DNA of 64,000 bases, from positions 128,001 to 192,000 of the forward strand of contig JBQTHB010000005.1 in NCBI GenBank assembly GCA_052390235.1. The letters are read 5' to 3'. Positions within the stretch are counted from its first letter, which is position 1. Each line of letters opens with the position of its first letter. The position numbers and the translations under genes are program-made. The notes below the pieces were generated by a model. That model was given only the letters and a program-made list of their open reading frames with translations. It was not told the DNA's origin and did not search any database. Shown in pieces: positions 9,151 through 18,888 of the stretch. The stretch comes from Deltaproteobacteria bacterium. Its GTDB lineage: Bacteria; Desulfobacterota_D; UBA1144; Nemesobacterales; CSP1-2.

Positions 9151-9792
9151 TCACAAATCCCGCATCCCGCCACTTGGGGCGCGGCGCATGAACCAATTCA
9201 CCACTCCAAGCACCTGGGCTTCGCGGACGACTTCAAATCCGAGCCTGCGGTACAGCTTCACGTTTATTAATTTATCTGTCTCAAGGTACGAGACTGCCCC
9301 TTTCTCATCCATTTCCCTAAGACAGGCGTCTAATATCCGAGTGCCGATGCCGCCGCCCTGAAGAGCCGTCTCCACAGCCAAGGGCCCCAGGTGCCAGTGA
9401 GGCTCGCGGAGGTCAAAATCGCTCCAGCGCATCATCCAGCGCCTAAGCCTGATTATCACCGGCAGAGGGTATCCTATCACGGACGGTATCGCCTTGAGCC
9501 GCTCCAAGAACGAGAGAGCGCATCCCCCCGGAGGCGACATCCCCAGCGCGCCCACAATAACCCCTGCCCTCTCGGCGCCCAGAACCTCGCCGCCTACCGA
9601 AATAATTCTTGAAACCGCGGCGCAATTGAGCTTCCGAAGCATTTTCACCCTCCCCTGCGCATCATCGCCGAATATCCGCACGTAGATGGGGTTGTCCCGC
9701 ATGGCATGGGCGAAAAGGGCGGATACGGCGTCAATTTCAGGGCGGCGGAGCGGGCGAATGGAAAAGTCGGTCATTTTATATACTTCAGCCAT
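9151..9792 (-). CDS. GNAT N-acetyltransferase (puromycin-acetyltransferase-like)
   Basis: HWHLGPLAV...QGGGIG acetyl-CoA loop, YLET..N..LYRRLGF. Confidence 0.88.
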   Translation of the reverse strand: MAEVYKMTDFSIRPLRRPEIDAVSALFAHAMRDNPIYVRIFGDDAQGRVKMLRKLNCAAVSRIISVGGEVLGAERAGVIVGALGMSPPGGCALSFLERLKAIPSVIGYPLPVIIRLRRWMMRWSDFDLREPHWHLGPLAVETALQGGGIGTRILDACLREMDEKGAVSYLETDKLINVKLYRRLGFEVVREAQVLGVVNWFMRRAPSGGMRDL

Positions 9793-9859
9793 GAGTCTCT
9801 GCGTGGGAGCGCCGGAATTTTAAGAGAATATATACCACGGCGCATTTATAATCAACTCA

Positions 9860-11122
9860 TCAAACGCGGACGAGCAGGGCGAGGGTTTCGATGTGATAGG
9901 TTTGCGGGAACATATCAAACGGGCGGATTTTGAGAGTTCTGTAGCCGGAATCTCGAAGGCGTTTTAAATCCCTAGCGAGGGTTGCCGGGTCGCAGGAGAC
10001 GTAAATTATCTTCTCCGGCGAAAGCCCCGCAATCCCGTCCAGAATCTCGCGCGCGCCCTCTCTGGGCGGGTCTAGGAGGACAAAATCGAATTTATCCCCC
10101 CTTTGTAGAGCCTCGGCGATGAAAAGCTCCGTCGGCGAGGGGTCGAATTTCACATTCTCTATGGAATTTGCCAAAGCCGCCCTGCGAGCGAGACTAACGG
10201 ATTTCGCCGCGATGTCCACTCCCAAAACCCGCCCGGCGCTCTTTGCCAAGTGGAGCGAGAAATTGCCAATGCCCGAATAGAGGTCAAGGGCGGACTCCCA
10301 GCCCGACAAATCCGCCCACTCAAGCGCCGCCGCGACTAACTTTGCGTTGATTTCGGCGTTTGCCTGAATGAAAGTCGAGGGGACGGAATAAAACCTCAGC
10401 CCAAGCAATTCCAGTTCATACTCTGCCTCGCCGTCATCCCCAGCGATGGATACGAAATTCCCCTTCAAAGCCCGGTTTAAAATCTTCCGCAGGGGATTGA
10501 GCGCCCTCGGATTTTCTCTGCGCTTAGGGAGCAGGCTCGCCCAAGCCCCGGCGCCGTCCGAGGCAATGTAAATCTTATCCACCGGATAGACGGGGGATTT
10601 TATCTCCGCGAGGGTCTTGGATATGGCAAAAACCGCTTTTTCAATAGCCTCGACCGCCACCGGACAGCCGGCTACGGGGGTTCTCGCTCGGCTTGCCTCC
10701 TCGTGGAATCCAATTCTGTAGCCTCCGCGCTGATGCCAGAGTGAAAACATTACGCGGCTTCTGTAGGCGTATTGACTCGGCGAAGGTACTATCGGCTCGA
10801 TGATGGAATCATCGGTGAATCCGCCGACTCTCTCCAGAGTTTCCCTCAGAATCCCCTCTTTTGCCCGAAGCGCGGATGCGTAACCGAGATTCTGCCACTG
10901 GCACCCGCCGCACACATCAAACACCGGACACGGCGGATGCACTCTATCGGGCGACGGCTCTAGGATGCTGAGAACACGGGCTTCGGCAAACCTGCCCCTA
11001 TCGCGAGTGATTTGAATCTCAACCGTGTCTCCGGCAAGCGCCCCGCGGACGAAATAGACCTTCCCCTCGGCTCTTGCCACGCCCGCGCCGCCGAACGCCA
11101 ATTTCTCGATTTGAACCCTCAT
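9860..11122 (-). CDS. rlmD: 23S rRNA (uracil-C5)-methyltransferase RlmD
   Basis: TRAM domain, C..F..CGGCQWQ Fe-S motif, FIQAN, DLYSGIG, LDPPR, YVSCDPATLARD, DMFPQTYHIE. Confidence 0.93.
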   Translation of the reverse strand: MRVQIEKLAFGGAGVARAEGKVYFVRGALAGDTVEIQITRDRGRFAEARVLSILEPSPDRVHPPCPVFDVCGGCQWQNLGYASALRAKEGILRETLERVGGFTDDSIIEPIVPSPSQYAYRSRVMFSLWHQRGGYRIGFHEEASRARTPVAGCPVAVEAIEKAVFAISKTLAEIKSPVYPVDKIYIASDGAGAWASLLPKRRENPRALNPLRKILNRALKGNFVSIAGDDGEAEYELELLGLRFYSVPSTFIQANAEINAKLVAAALEWADLSGWESALDLYSGIGNFSLHLAKSAGRVLGVDIAAKSVSLARRAALANSIENVKFDPSPTELFIAEALQRGDKFDFVLLDPPREGAREILDGIAGLSPEKIIYVSCDPATLARDLKRLRDSGYRTLKIRPFDMFPQTYHIETLALLVRV

Positions 11123-11212
11123 CAGCGGGGGATTGTATCGAAAAACCGCTGGATTGGCAATTACGAGCCTAGTGGGCTAAACCCTACGGGAGCATTTGAG
11201 GAGTTGCGCAGA

Positions 11213-11241
11213 TTGCAAATCCCCCGCGTAATCCGTATCAT
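11213..11241 (+). promoter_or_regulatory. Putative sigma70 promoter
   Basis: TTGCAA-N17-TATCAT, 27 nt before the cyclase ATG. Confidence 0.5.
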
Positions 11242-11268
11242 AAATTCGGGGCTTGCGAGAGAATAAAA

Positions 11269-13413
11269 ATGAGCCAAGACAGAAGCGCGAGAAATTTTTT
11301 ACTCATCACCCTTGCCATCGGCTTTGTCTCGGCGGCGCTGGGGTTTATGCTCTACATATCCCCTCCGGGGTTTCTAAAGGAGGTTGACCTCCGCTTCGGG
11401 GATTTCCGCTTCAAACTTCGAGAACGACTGAGTCCCATAAAACCTCCCCAAGATATTGTCATAATTGCGATTGACGAGAAGAGCATAAACCAGCTTGGCA
11501 GATGGCCATGGTCTCGGACGGTTTTAGCCCAGTTCACGGACAAACTCGCCGAATACGCCCCGAAGACAGTGGGATTCGATATTGTGTTCTCGGAGTCCGA
11601 GTCCGAAGAGGCGGATTCTGCCCTCATCGAGGCTATGCGCAAATCGGGCAATATAACGCTCGGCTACTTTTTCCGCGACTCATCCACGCAGGAAACCCCG
11701 AAAGAGGCTCTCGCGCAGATAAACCGCTCCAACATAAAACTCATAAAATTTCTGGATGAATCCGAACCCGACACGATAAGAGAATTCTCATCTATAGAGA
11801 CCAATATCCCCTCCATCGGCGCCGCCGCTAAGGGCTTTGGCTTCTTTAATGCCTTTCCCGACCAAGACGGCATATTTCGGCGCACCCAGTTTTTCATCAA
11901 ACACGGAGAAAATATCTACCCATCGCTGAGCCTCGAATCCGTGAGGAGATATTTAAAAGGGCAGATTCTCCTAATGCTCGCCTCTTATGGGATTGAAGAG
12001 ATTATGATTAACGAGCGCGCCATTCCCTCCGACGAGAGGTCTCAGTTCCTGCTGAATTTCTACGGCAGGAGCGGCTCTTTTGCGACTTACCCGATAGTTG
12101 ACGTTCTAAATGGAGCGCTTCCCCCTGAGGCGCTTCGGGATAAGCTCGTCTTTATAGGCCCCACTGAAATCGGGATTTACGATGTCCGGGCGACTCCCCT
12201 CGACCCGACCTTCCCCGGAGTAGAAATTCATGCAACTGTGGCGGGGAACATACTCGACGGGCGATTTCTCATCCAAAACAACCTGACCAAAGCCGTTGAC
12301 ATGGTTCTAACCGTCCTTTTGCCGATACTGCTGTCCGTAGGGCTTTTTTTCACGAAGCGAAACGTCAGCGGACTCGCGCTCTTTCTGGGACTCGCCTCCT
12401 TGAGCTTGGCGGGCAATTACCTCGCCTTTGAAAAATCAAACTTCCTGCTCAGCGCCGTTTTCCCCGTGCTTTCACTCGTATTCGCCTTCGTGGGCTTCGA
12501 GGGCTACCGCAATATCATCATCGAGAGCAGGGGGCGGTATCTGAGAAAAGCCTTCACGAGCTACATTTCCCCGGAAGTCGTAGCCCTCATCATGTCCGAT
12601 CCGAATAAATTGAAACTCGGAGGAGAGCTTAAAACCGTGAGCATTCTGTTCTCCGATATTCGCGGCTTTACGACGCTGTCCGAGAAACTCTCGCCGGAGA
12701 TGCTCGTGTCGCTCCTCAACGAATACCTAAGCCCGATGACGAAAATCGTACTCGATGAGCGGGGCACGCTCGATAAATACATCGGAGACGCGGTAATGGC
12801 TATATTCGGCGCCCCCGTGGACTTGCCCGACCACCAGAAGCGCATCTGCGCGGCGGCTCTGCGGATGATAGAGCGGCTCAAGGAGCTAAATCCCGCGTGG
12901 GAGAAAATGGGATTCCCCAGTATCGCCATCGGAGTCGGCATCAACACCGGAGAGGCGATTGTGGGCAACATGGGCGCGGACATCAGGTTTCAATACACCG
13001 CCATCGGAGACACTGTGAATTTAGCATCCCGGCTCGAGGGGCTTAATAAATACTACGACACGCAGATTATCGTGAGCAAAACTACGCTTGAGGGGTTTGA
13101 CCACTCGGATTTATTGCTTCGGGAAATTGACCTCGTCCAGGTGAAGGGCAAGGACAAGCCCGTCGCCATATTCGAGCTTATGAGCGGCGAGCCGGCGCCG
13201 GAGGACAAAAGAGAGCTTGCCTCGGCCTTTAGCGAAGCCGTCTGCCTGTACCGCGAGCGCGAATTCCACGAAGCGCTGGAAAAATTCACAGAGATTCTCG
13301 AAAAATTTCCGCACGATAAACCCTCCCAACTCTATCAGGAGAGATGCGAGGGATTCATCATCGCCCCGCCAGATGTGGATTGGGATGGAGTATATGTGGC
13401 TAAAGAGAAGTAG
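11269..13413 (+). CDS. CHASE2-domain class III adenylate cyclase with C-terminal TPR-like tail
   Basis: IDEKSI..GRWPWSR (CHASE2), three TM helices, FSDIRGFT, DKYIGD (Lys, ATP specificity), YTAIGDTVNLASRLE, VKGK. Confidence 0.93.
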   Translation: MSQDRSARNFLLITLAIGFVSAALGFMLYISPPGFLKEVDLRFGDFRFKLRERLSPIKPPQDIVIIAIDEKSINQLGRWPWSRTVLAQFTDKLAEYAPKTVGFDIVFSESESEEADSALIEAMRKSGNITLGYFFRDSSTQETPKEALAQINRSNIKLIKFLDESEPDTIREFSSIETNIPSIGAAAKGFGFFNAFPDQDGIFRRTQFFIKHGENIYPSLSLESVRRYLKGQILLMLASYGIEEIMINERAIPSDERSQFLLNFYGRSGSFATYPIVDVLNGALPPEALRDKLVFIGPTEIGIYDVRATPLDPTFPGVEIHATVAGNILDGRFLIQNNLTKAVDMVLTVLLPILLSVGLFFTKRNVSGLALFLGLASLSLAGNYLAFEKSNFLLSAVFPVLSLVFAFVGFEGYRNIIIESRGRYLRKAFTSYISPEVVALIMSDPNKLKLGGELKTVSILFSDIRGFTTLSEKLSPEMLVSLLNEYLSPMTKIVLDERGTLDKYIGDAVMAIFGAPVDLPDHQKRICAAALRMIERLKELNPAWEKMGFPSIAIGVGINTGEAIVGNMGADIRFQYTAIGDTVNLASRLEGLNKYYDTQIIVSKTTLEGFDHSDLLLREIDLVQVKGKDKPVAIFELMSGEPAPEDKRELASAFSEAVCLYREREFHEALEKFTEILEKFPHDKPSQLYQERCEGFIIAPPDVDWDGVYVAKEK

Positions 13414-13567
13414 CCCCCCAATTACCACTTGGGCGTATTTTATCCTGAGCCTGCCCAAGCCTCTTCTCGCCCCCGCGCCCTTCGCCCCAACGCGCAAATA
13501 TAAAATCAAGTGGACGGCGGCTGATTTTTGTGAGATTATTCAGTCTTAAAAAGTCATCCCGCGCACA

Positions 13568-14167
13568 ATGCACATTTACGTTGAAGAGAGCGTAGTCTAT
13601 AAATACGAAAAAATCGCCGTTGACATTTTAAGCGCCGGGCAGTGCCGGGTGGTTCAGAGGGTTAAGCTCGCAAGGAAGCCCGAAGCCGTAATGCCTGATG
13701 TGAAAACCTTCAGACTGTTTGGCTCGGGCAGGCTTCCCGAAGGGCTGGAGATTGGAGTCGCCGCAAGGGACGCGCTATCGGGTGAGGGTATTGCCGCAGC
13801 AGCAGCCATCGAAAGGGAGGGGGGATGTGCCGTCGTCGCAACAATTGCCGTGAGGGGACTGCTCGCGCGCTATGAATCCCCGGAAATAGAGATTGAATAC
13901 TCAAACCTCCCTGCGGATTTCTGCCTCGCCGGATTTCCCCGCTCAGCCGAATGGGCCGTCAAGCCGGACACCCAAACCCACCATCTGGAGGCCGAGATAA
14001 AGCTCCCGGCTGGGCTACTCGCCGGGCGCAGGCTAAGCGCCAGGTGCGTGCCGGAGGATTGGGCGACGACAGAGACCTGCGAGGAGAACGGCAGAGCTTG
14101 CATCAGCATCAGGGGCGGGGATTTGAAGATCGCTATCCTGTACCGAGTTATAATTGAGGGGGCATGA
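13568..14167 (+). CDS. Hypothetical protein, beta-rich
   Basis: 199-aa ORF filling the gap between two + strand genes; no motif recognised. Confidence 0.55.
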   Translation: MHIYVEESVVYKYEKIAVDILSAGQCRVVQRVKLARKPEAVMPDVKTFRLFGSGRLPEGLEIGVAARDALSGEGIAAAAAIEREGGCAVVATIAVRGLLARYESPEIEIEYSNLPADFCLAGFPRSAEWAVKPDTQTHHLEAEIKLPAGLLAGRRLSARCVPEDWATTETCEENGRACISIRGGDLKIAILYRVIIEGA

Positions 14168-14395
14168 GCCGCCGCCGGGAACGGGAGAGCTAGACCGGTA
14201 TTATCATGAATCTATGCCTGGGCAGAGAATCCCGATACCGAGCAAAAACGAGCCATAGAGATTTGCCGCGCAGTTTCATTGAGTGCATCGGATACGCCGC
14301 GGTGATATGAAAAACCCCCGCCTAGGGATTTTAAGATAAAATTTATACCAAGCTATTTCGTTTAGATTATTATTATCCGCCGCCCGGTGAATGAA

Positions 14396-15925
14396 TTGAT
14401 AGCCAAAGTCCTAAGCTCCGCCGTCTTTGGGATTGACGCATACCTAGTCGAGGTCGAGGTTGACATCGCCGCCGGGCTTCCGCAGTTCTCAACCGTGGGG
14501 CTTCCCGAAGGGGCGGTCAAAGAGAGCAAAGAGCGTGTGAGGGCGGCTGTTAAAAACTCAGGCTTCGATTTCCCCATGAGGCGCATCACCGTGAACCTCG
14601 CGCCGGCAGACATCAGAAAAGAAGGCTCAGGGTTCGATTTGCCCATCGCCGTCGGAATTCTCGCCGCAACCGGATTCCTCAGCGCGGACAGGCTCGGCGA
14701 CTACGTCATCATCGGCGAGCTTTCCCTCGATGGCAGGGTAAAAGCCGTCAAAGGGGCGCTCCCCACGGCAATAGGGGCGAGGGATGGCAAGCTCAAAGGG
14801 ATAATTCTCCCCAAAGAAAACGCCGAAGAGGCGGCTGTGGTTAATGGAGTGGACGTCGTCGCGGTTGAGTTCCTGTCCGAGATTATCAGCTTTCTTTCAG
14901 GCTCGGCGGACATTAGCCCAACCCAAATTGACGTTGCCGAGCTATTTAACCGAAGCGGGGATTACGACCTCGATTTTCAAGAGGTAAAGGGACAGCAGCA
15001 CGTAAAGCGCGCCCTTGAGGTCGCCGCCGCCGGGGGTCATAACGCCCTTATGATAGGCTCTCCCGGCAGCGGCAAAACAATGCTCGCCCGCCGCCTGCCC
15101 GCTATTCTGCCCGACATGAGCTTTGAAGAATCGCTTGAGACAACGAAAATTTACTCTGTTGCCGGGCTTCTCGCGAATAAATCCGCCCTCGTCGCCGCGA
15201 GGCCGTTCCGCTCCCCTCATCACACGATAAGCGACGCCGGGCTCATCGGCGGGGGGGCGGTGCCGAAACCCGGAGAGGTCAGCCTTGCCCACAACGGCGT
15301 GCTTTTTTTGGATGAACTGCCGGAATTCAAGAAAAACGTGCTTGAGGTTCTCCGCCAGCCCCTCGAAGACGGCAGGGTTACAATATCGAGAGCCGTAACG
15401 TCCATCACCTATCCGGCTCGGCTCATGCTCGTTGCGGCAATGAACCCATGCCCCTGCGGCTTCAGCGGCGACCCCAAAAAAGAATGCGCCTGCTCGCCCC
15501 TGCAGATTCACAAATACAGGGCCAAGGTGTCTGGGCCCCTGCTCGACAGGATTGACATTCACATCGAAGTGCCGCCGGTCAGATACAAAGAACTCTCAAG
15601 CGACGTTGCCGGGGAAAGCTCGGCGCAGATTCGGCAGCGCGTAAACCGGGCGAGAGCCGCGCAGAAGCGCAGATTTGGCGATAGCGGGATTTACTCGAAT
15701 TCGCAGATGCCCCCAAGGCTCGTGAGGAAATTCGCAAAACCCGACGACGCCGGGATGAAGCTCCTTGAGATGGCAATAAACAGGCTGGGACTGAGCGCGA
15801 GGGCTTTTGATAGAATCCTCAAAGTCGCCCGCACCATTGCCGACTTGGATGAATCCGAAAGGGTTTTGACTCACCACATCTCGGAGGCGATTCAGTATCG
15901 CTCGCTCGACAGGAACGTGATTTGA
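14396..15925 (+). CDS. comM: YifB/ComM Mg-chelatase-like AAA+ ATPase
   Basis: [57 protein letters not shown] 14396 or GTG 14387. Confidence 0.95.
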   Translation: MIAKVLSSAVFGIDAYLVEVEVDIAAGLPQFSTVGLPEGAVKESKERVRAAVKNSGFDFPMRRITVNLAPADIRKEGSGFDLPIAVGILAATGFLSADRLGDYVIIGELSLDGRVKAVKGALPTAIGARDGKLKGIILPKENAEEAAVVNGVDVVAVEFLSEIISFLSGSADISPTQIDVAELFNRSGDYDLDFQEVKGQQHVKRALEVAAAGGHNALMIGSPGSGKTMLARRLPAILPDMSFEESLETTKIYSVAGLLANKSALVAARPFRSPHHTISDAGLIGGGAVPKPGEVSLAHNGVLFLDELPEFKKNVLEVLRQPLEDGRVTISRAVTSITYPARLMLVAAMNPCPCGFSGDPKKECACSPLQIHKYRAKVSGPLLDRIDIHIEVPPVRYKELSSDVAGESSAQIRQRVNRARAAQKRRFGDSGIYSNSQMPPRLVRKFAKPDDAGMKLLEMAINRLGLSARAFDRILKVARTIADLDESERVLTHHISEAIQYRSLDRNVI

Positions 15926-16076
15926 ATAACCTTGCAGCCACCCTGAAGGAGAGAAGCTACTGAAAACTCTGAATATTAGTGGATTTAATGCTCGGTATTT
16001 TTCGGGGAGGAATTCATCGAAGTCCTTTCCCTAATTAATTTATTCGCGTGAATTCGCGTCCACGCCAAGTCTGTAA

Positions 16077-17402
16077 ATGCTAAAAAACGACCCTAAAACA
16101 ATCTTCGGCTGGTGTATGTACGACTGGGCAAACTCCGCCTACGCCACAACGGTTGCCGTTGGGTTTCTCCCGATTTATTTCGCCTCAGTCGTCGTGGGGG
16201 AAGGAGGCGTATCTCTCGGAGGCTCAACCTACAGCGCGACAGCCCTTTGGGGTTTTACCGTGGCGCTGGCGTCGCTCATCGCCTTTGCCGTCTCGCCCGT
16301 GTTGGGCGCTATAGCAGATTTCACGGGGGCAAAAAAGCGATTCCTGCTCAGCTTTGCCTACATAGGCTCTCTGGCAACCCTGCTATTCTACCTCTCCGAA
16401 TCCGGCGATGTGTGGATGACCCTGGGCTTTTTCCTCTTAACGCAGGTCTGCTTCATCGGGGCAAATGTCTTTTACGACGCGTTTCTGCCGCAAATCACAA
16501 CGGACGATAAAATGGACGCGGTCTCAGGCAGGGGGTTTTCATACGGCTACGTCGGCGGAGGGATTCAGCTCGCCTTAGCGTTCGGGATTGTGGCAATGCA
16601 CGAGGCGCTCGGACTGTCCCAAACCCAAGCCGTGAGAGTTGGCATCGCAAGCGCGGGGATTTGGTGGGCGGGGTTTACCATCATCACGGCGAGGAACCTG
16701 CGGGAAGCCCCGACGAATAACCCGCTTCCCAGGGAGTATCTATCGTGGAGATTTCGGCGGGCGGCTTATGTAGCCGTGGGATTCTCGCGGCTCCTCGGCA
16801 CGCTCCGGCGGGCGGGGAAATTCAAGCACCTCGTTCTATTTCTCGCCGCCTATATGCTTTATAACGAGGGCATACAAACCGTTATCAGCATGGCGGTAAT
16901 CTACGGCAAAGAGGAGCTTCGGCTCACGACGACATCTCTCCTTGCGACACTGCTGATAATTCAAATCGTAGCCGCATTCGGGGCGATTTTCTTTAGCCGA
17001 ATAGCAGGGCGAATTGGAACGAAAAGGGCGATAACGGCGACGCTCATCCTCTGGTCAGGCGTTGTGATTTACGCCTATTTCATCACGACGGCGGCGCAGT
17101 TCTTCGGCGCGGGAGTGGCTTTGGGACTCGTCATGGGAGGCTCTCAGGCCCTGAGCCGCTCCTTTTACGGCTCGATGATACCGGAGAAGGCGGCGGCGGA
17201 GTTTTACGGGTTCTACACGGTTTTTAGTAAATTCTCGGCAATTTGGGGCCCCCTTGCCTTCGCCCTCATCCGGCAGACGACAGGCAGCGCGAGAAACTCC
17301 ATTATCTCGTTAATTGCGTTTTTCATCGCCGGAGTGGTTCTGCTCTATTTCGTGGATGAGAAAAAAGCCCGCTCAGCCCGCGAGAGCGGAGAGGACTGGT
17401 AA
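16077..17402 (+). CDS. MFS transporter, UMF1/Atg22 family
   Basis: WCMYDWANSA, PVLGAIAD, NVFYDAFLP, GGSQALSRS, EFYGFY; about 12 TM segments. Confidence 0.9.
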   Translation: MLKNDPKTIFGWCMYDWANSAYATTVAVGFLPIYFASVVVGEGGVSLGGSTYSATALWGFTVALASLIAFAVSPVLGAIADFTGAKKRFLLSFAYIGSLATLLFYLSESGDVWMTLGFFLLTQVCFIGANVFYDAFLPQITTDDKMDAVSGRGFSYGYVGGGIQLALAFGIVAMHEALGLSQTQAVRVGIASAGIWWAGFTIITARNLREAPTNNPLPREYLSWRFRRAAYVAVGFSRLLGTLRRAGKFKHLVLFLAAYMLYNEGIQTVISMAVIYGKEELRLTTTSLLATLLIIQIVAAFGAIFFSRIAGRIGTKRAITATLILWSGVVIYAYFITTAAQFFGAGVALGLVMGGSQALSRSFYGSMIPEKAAAEFYGFYTVFSKFSAIWGPLAFALIRQTTGSARNSIISLIAFFIAGVVLLYFVDEKKARSARESGEDW

Positions 17403-17592
17403 AGCGCGCCCCGGGTATCTCCTCTGCCCAAATCCATCGCCCCTCAAAGCCCGGCAATAGACCTCTGCGGCGAATGAATAATCATAAAGAAACAAAGAGT
17501 TCCCAACTTTATATATATATATTGGCGCTACTTTTGTGTTTCATATTTTGATATTATCTGCGCCAGAGCCTTTTGTGAGGAGGTAGCAAGGG

Positions 17593-18744
17593 ATGAGCAT
17601 CATCGAACTTTCAGGGGAGCAGGCGATGATTCAGGATACGGCGAGGGATTTTGCCCGAAGCGAAATCAGGCCCCAAGCGGGGGAAATTGACAGGGAAGGG
17701 AAATTTCCCGCAGGAATCGTGACAAAGCTCGGAGAACTCGGATTCATGGGCATTTTCGTTCCCGAAGAGTACGGCGGAAGCGGGATGGATACGTTCAGCT
17801 ACGCGCTCGCGCTGGAGGAGGTCTGCAAGGCGTGCGCCTCGACCGGGGTTATAATGTCGGTGAACAACTCGCTTGTCTGTGAGCCAATACTGAAATTCGG
17901 GAGCGAAGCCCAGAAGCGCAAATACCTGCCGATGCTTGCGGGGGGGATGAAGCTCGGATGCTTCTCCCTGAGCGAGCCTGCCTCCGGGTCTGATGCCGGA
18001 AGCATCCGCACAACCGCCAGCAGAGACGGAAGCCACTACATCATCAACGGGACGAAAAACTGGGTTACCAATGGCCCCGAAGCTGACGTTATCGTCCTAT
18101 TCACCTCCGTGGATACCGCGAAGAAGCATCGGGGAGTTACTGCCTTCATCGTGGATAAAGCGACCCCCGGCATCATCGTCGGCAAAGCCGAGCATAAACT
18201 CGGCATAAGGGGGTCAAGCACCTCTCAGCTTATTTTCGAGGACTGCCGAGTTCCCGCAGGAAACCTGCTCGGCGACGAGGGGCAGGGCTTTAAAATTGCC
18301 ATGCAGACGCTCGACGGCGGCAGAATCGGTATTGCCGCTCAAGCCGTAGGAATCGCGCAGGCGGCGTTCGAGCAATCGGCAAGATACTCGCAGGAGAGGG
18401 AATCATTTGGCAAACAGATCGCGAAATTTCAGGCGATACAGTTTATGCTCGCCGATATGGCTACCCGCATCGAGGCGGCGCGGCTTTTGGTTTGGCAGGC
18501 GGCGATAATGAAAGACCGAGGGATGAAATTCTCAAAGCACTCGGCTATGGCAAAGGTGTTTGCGGCAGAGGCGGCGATGTGGGTTGCGACAAAGGCGATT
18601 CAGGTTCACGGGGGCTATGGCTACACGACGGATTACCCGGTTGAGAGGCATTTCAGGGACGCTAAAATCACCGAAATCTACGAGGGGACGTCCGAGGTTC
18701 AGCGCATCGTAATAGCAAGCGAGGTACTAAAGGAACTATCTTGA
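17593..18744 (+). CDS. Short-chain-type acyl-CoA dehydrogenase
   Basis: FSLSEPASGSDA, NGTKNWVTN, KLGIRGS, LDGGRIGIA, QVHGGYGY, IYEGTSEVQR (catalytic Glu). GAGGAGG RBS. Confidence 0.96.
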   Translation: MSIIELSGEQAMIQDTARDFARSEIRPQAGEIDREGKFPAGIVTKLGELGFMGIFVPEEYGGSGMDTFSYALALEEVCKACASTGVIMSVNNSLVCEPILKFGSEAQKRKYLPMLAGGMKLGCFSLSEPASGSDAGSIRTTASRDGSHYIINGTKNWVTNGPEADVIVLFTSVDTAKKHRGVTAFIVDKATPGIIVGKAEHKLGIRGSSTSQLIFEDCRVPAGNLLGDEGQGFKIAMQTLDGGRIGIAAQAVGIAQAAFEQSARYSQERESFGKQIAKFQAIQFMLADMATRIEAARLLVWQAAIMKDRGMKFSKHSAMAKVFAAEAAMWVATKAIQVHGGYGYTTDYPVERHFRDAKITEIYEGTSEVQRIVIASEVLKELS

Positions 18745-18888
18745 CTTTCACCGGCTGGGATATTATAAAGATTCGGCGGCGGGCGACATCTGGGATTCAT
18801 CCAAAAGGAGTGCATAAACCACATAATCGAGAAACCCCCGCCATGAGAGCGTTTGGGAACTAAATTAAACCTCAAGGAGCAACTAACA

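Noticed and set aside
16042..16059. ATTCGCGT direct repeat upstream of the MFS gene
   Set aside because: Only two copies; too short to call an element.
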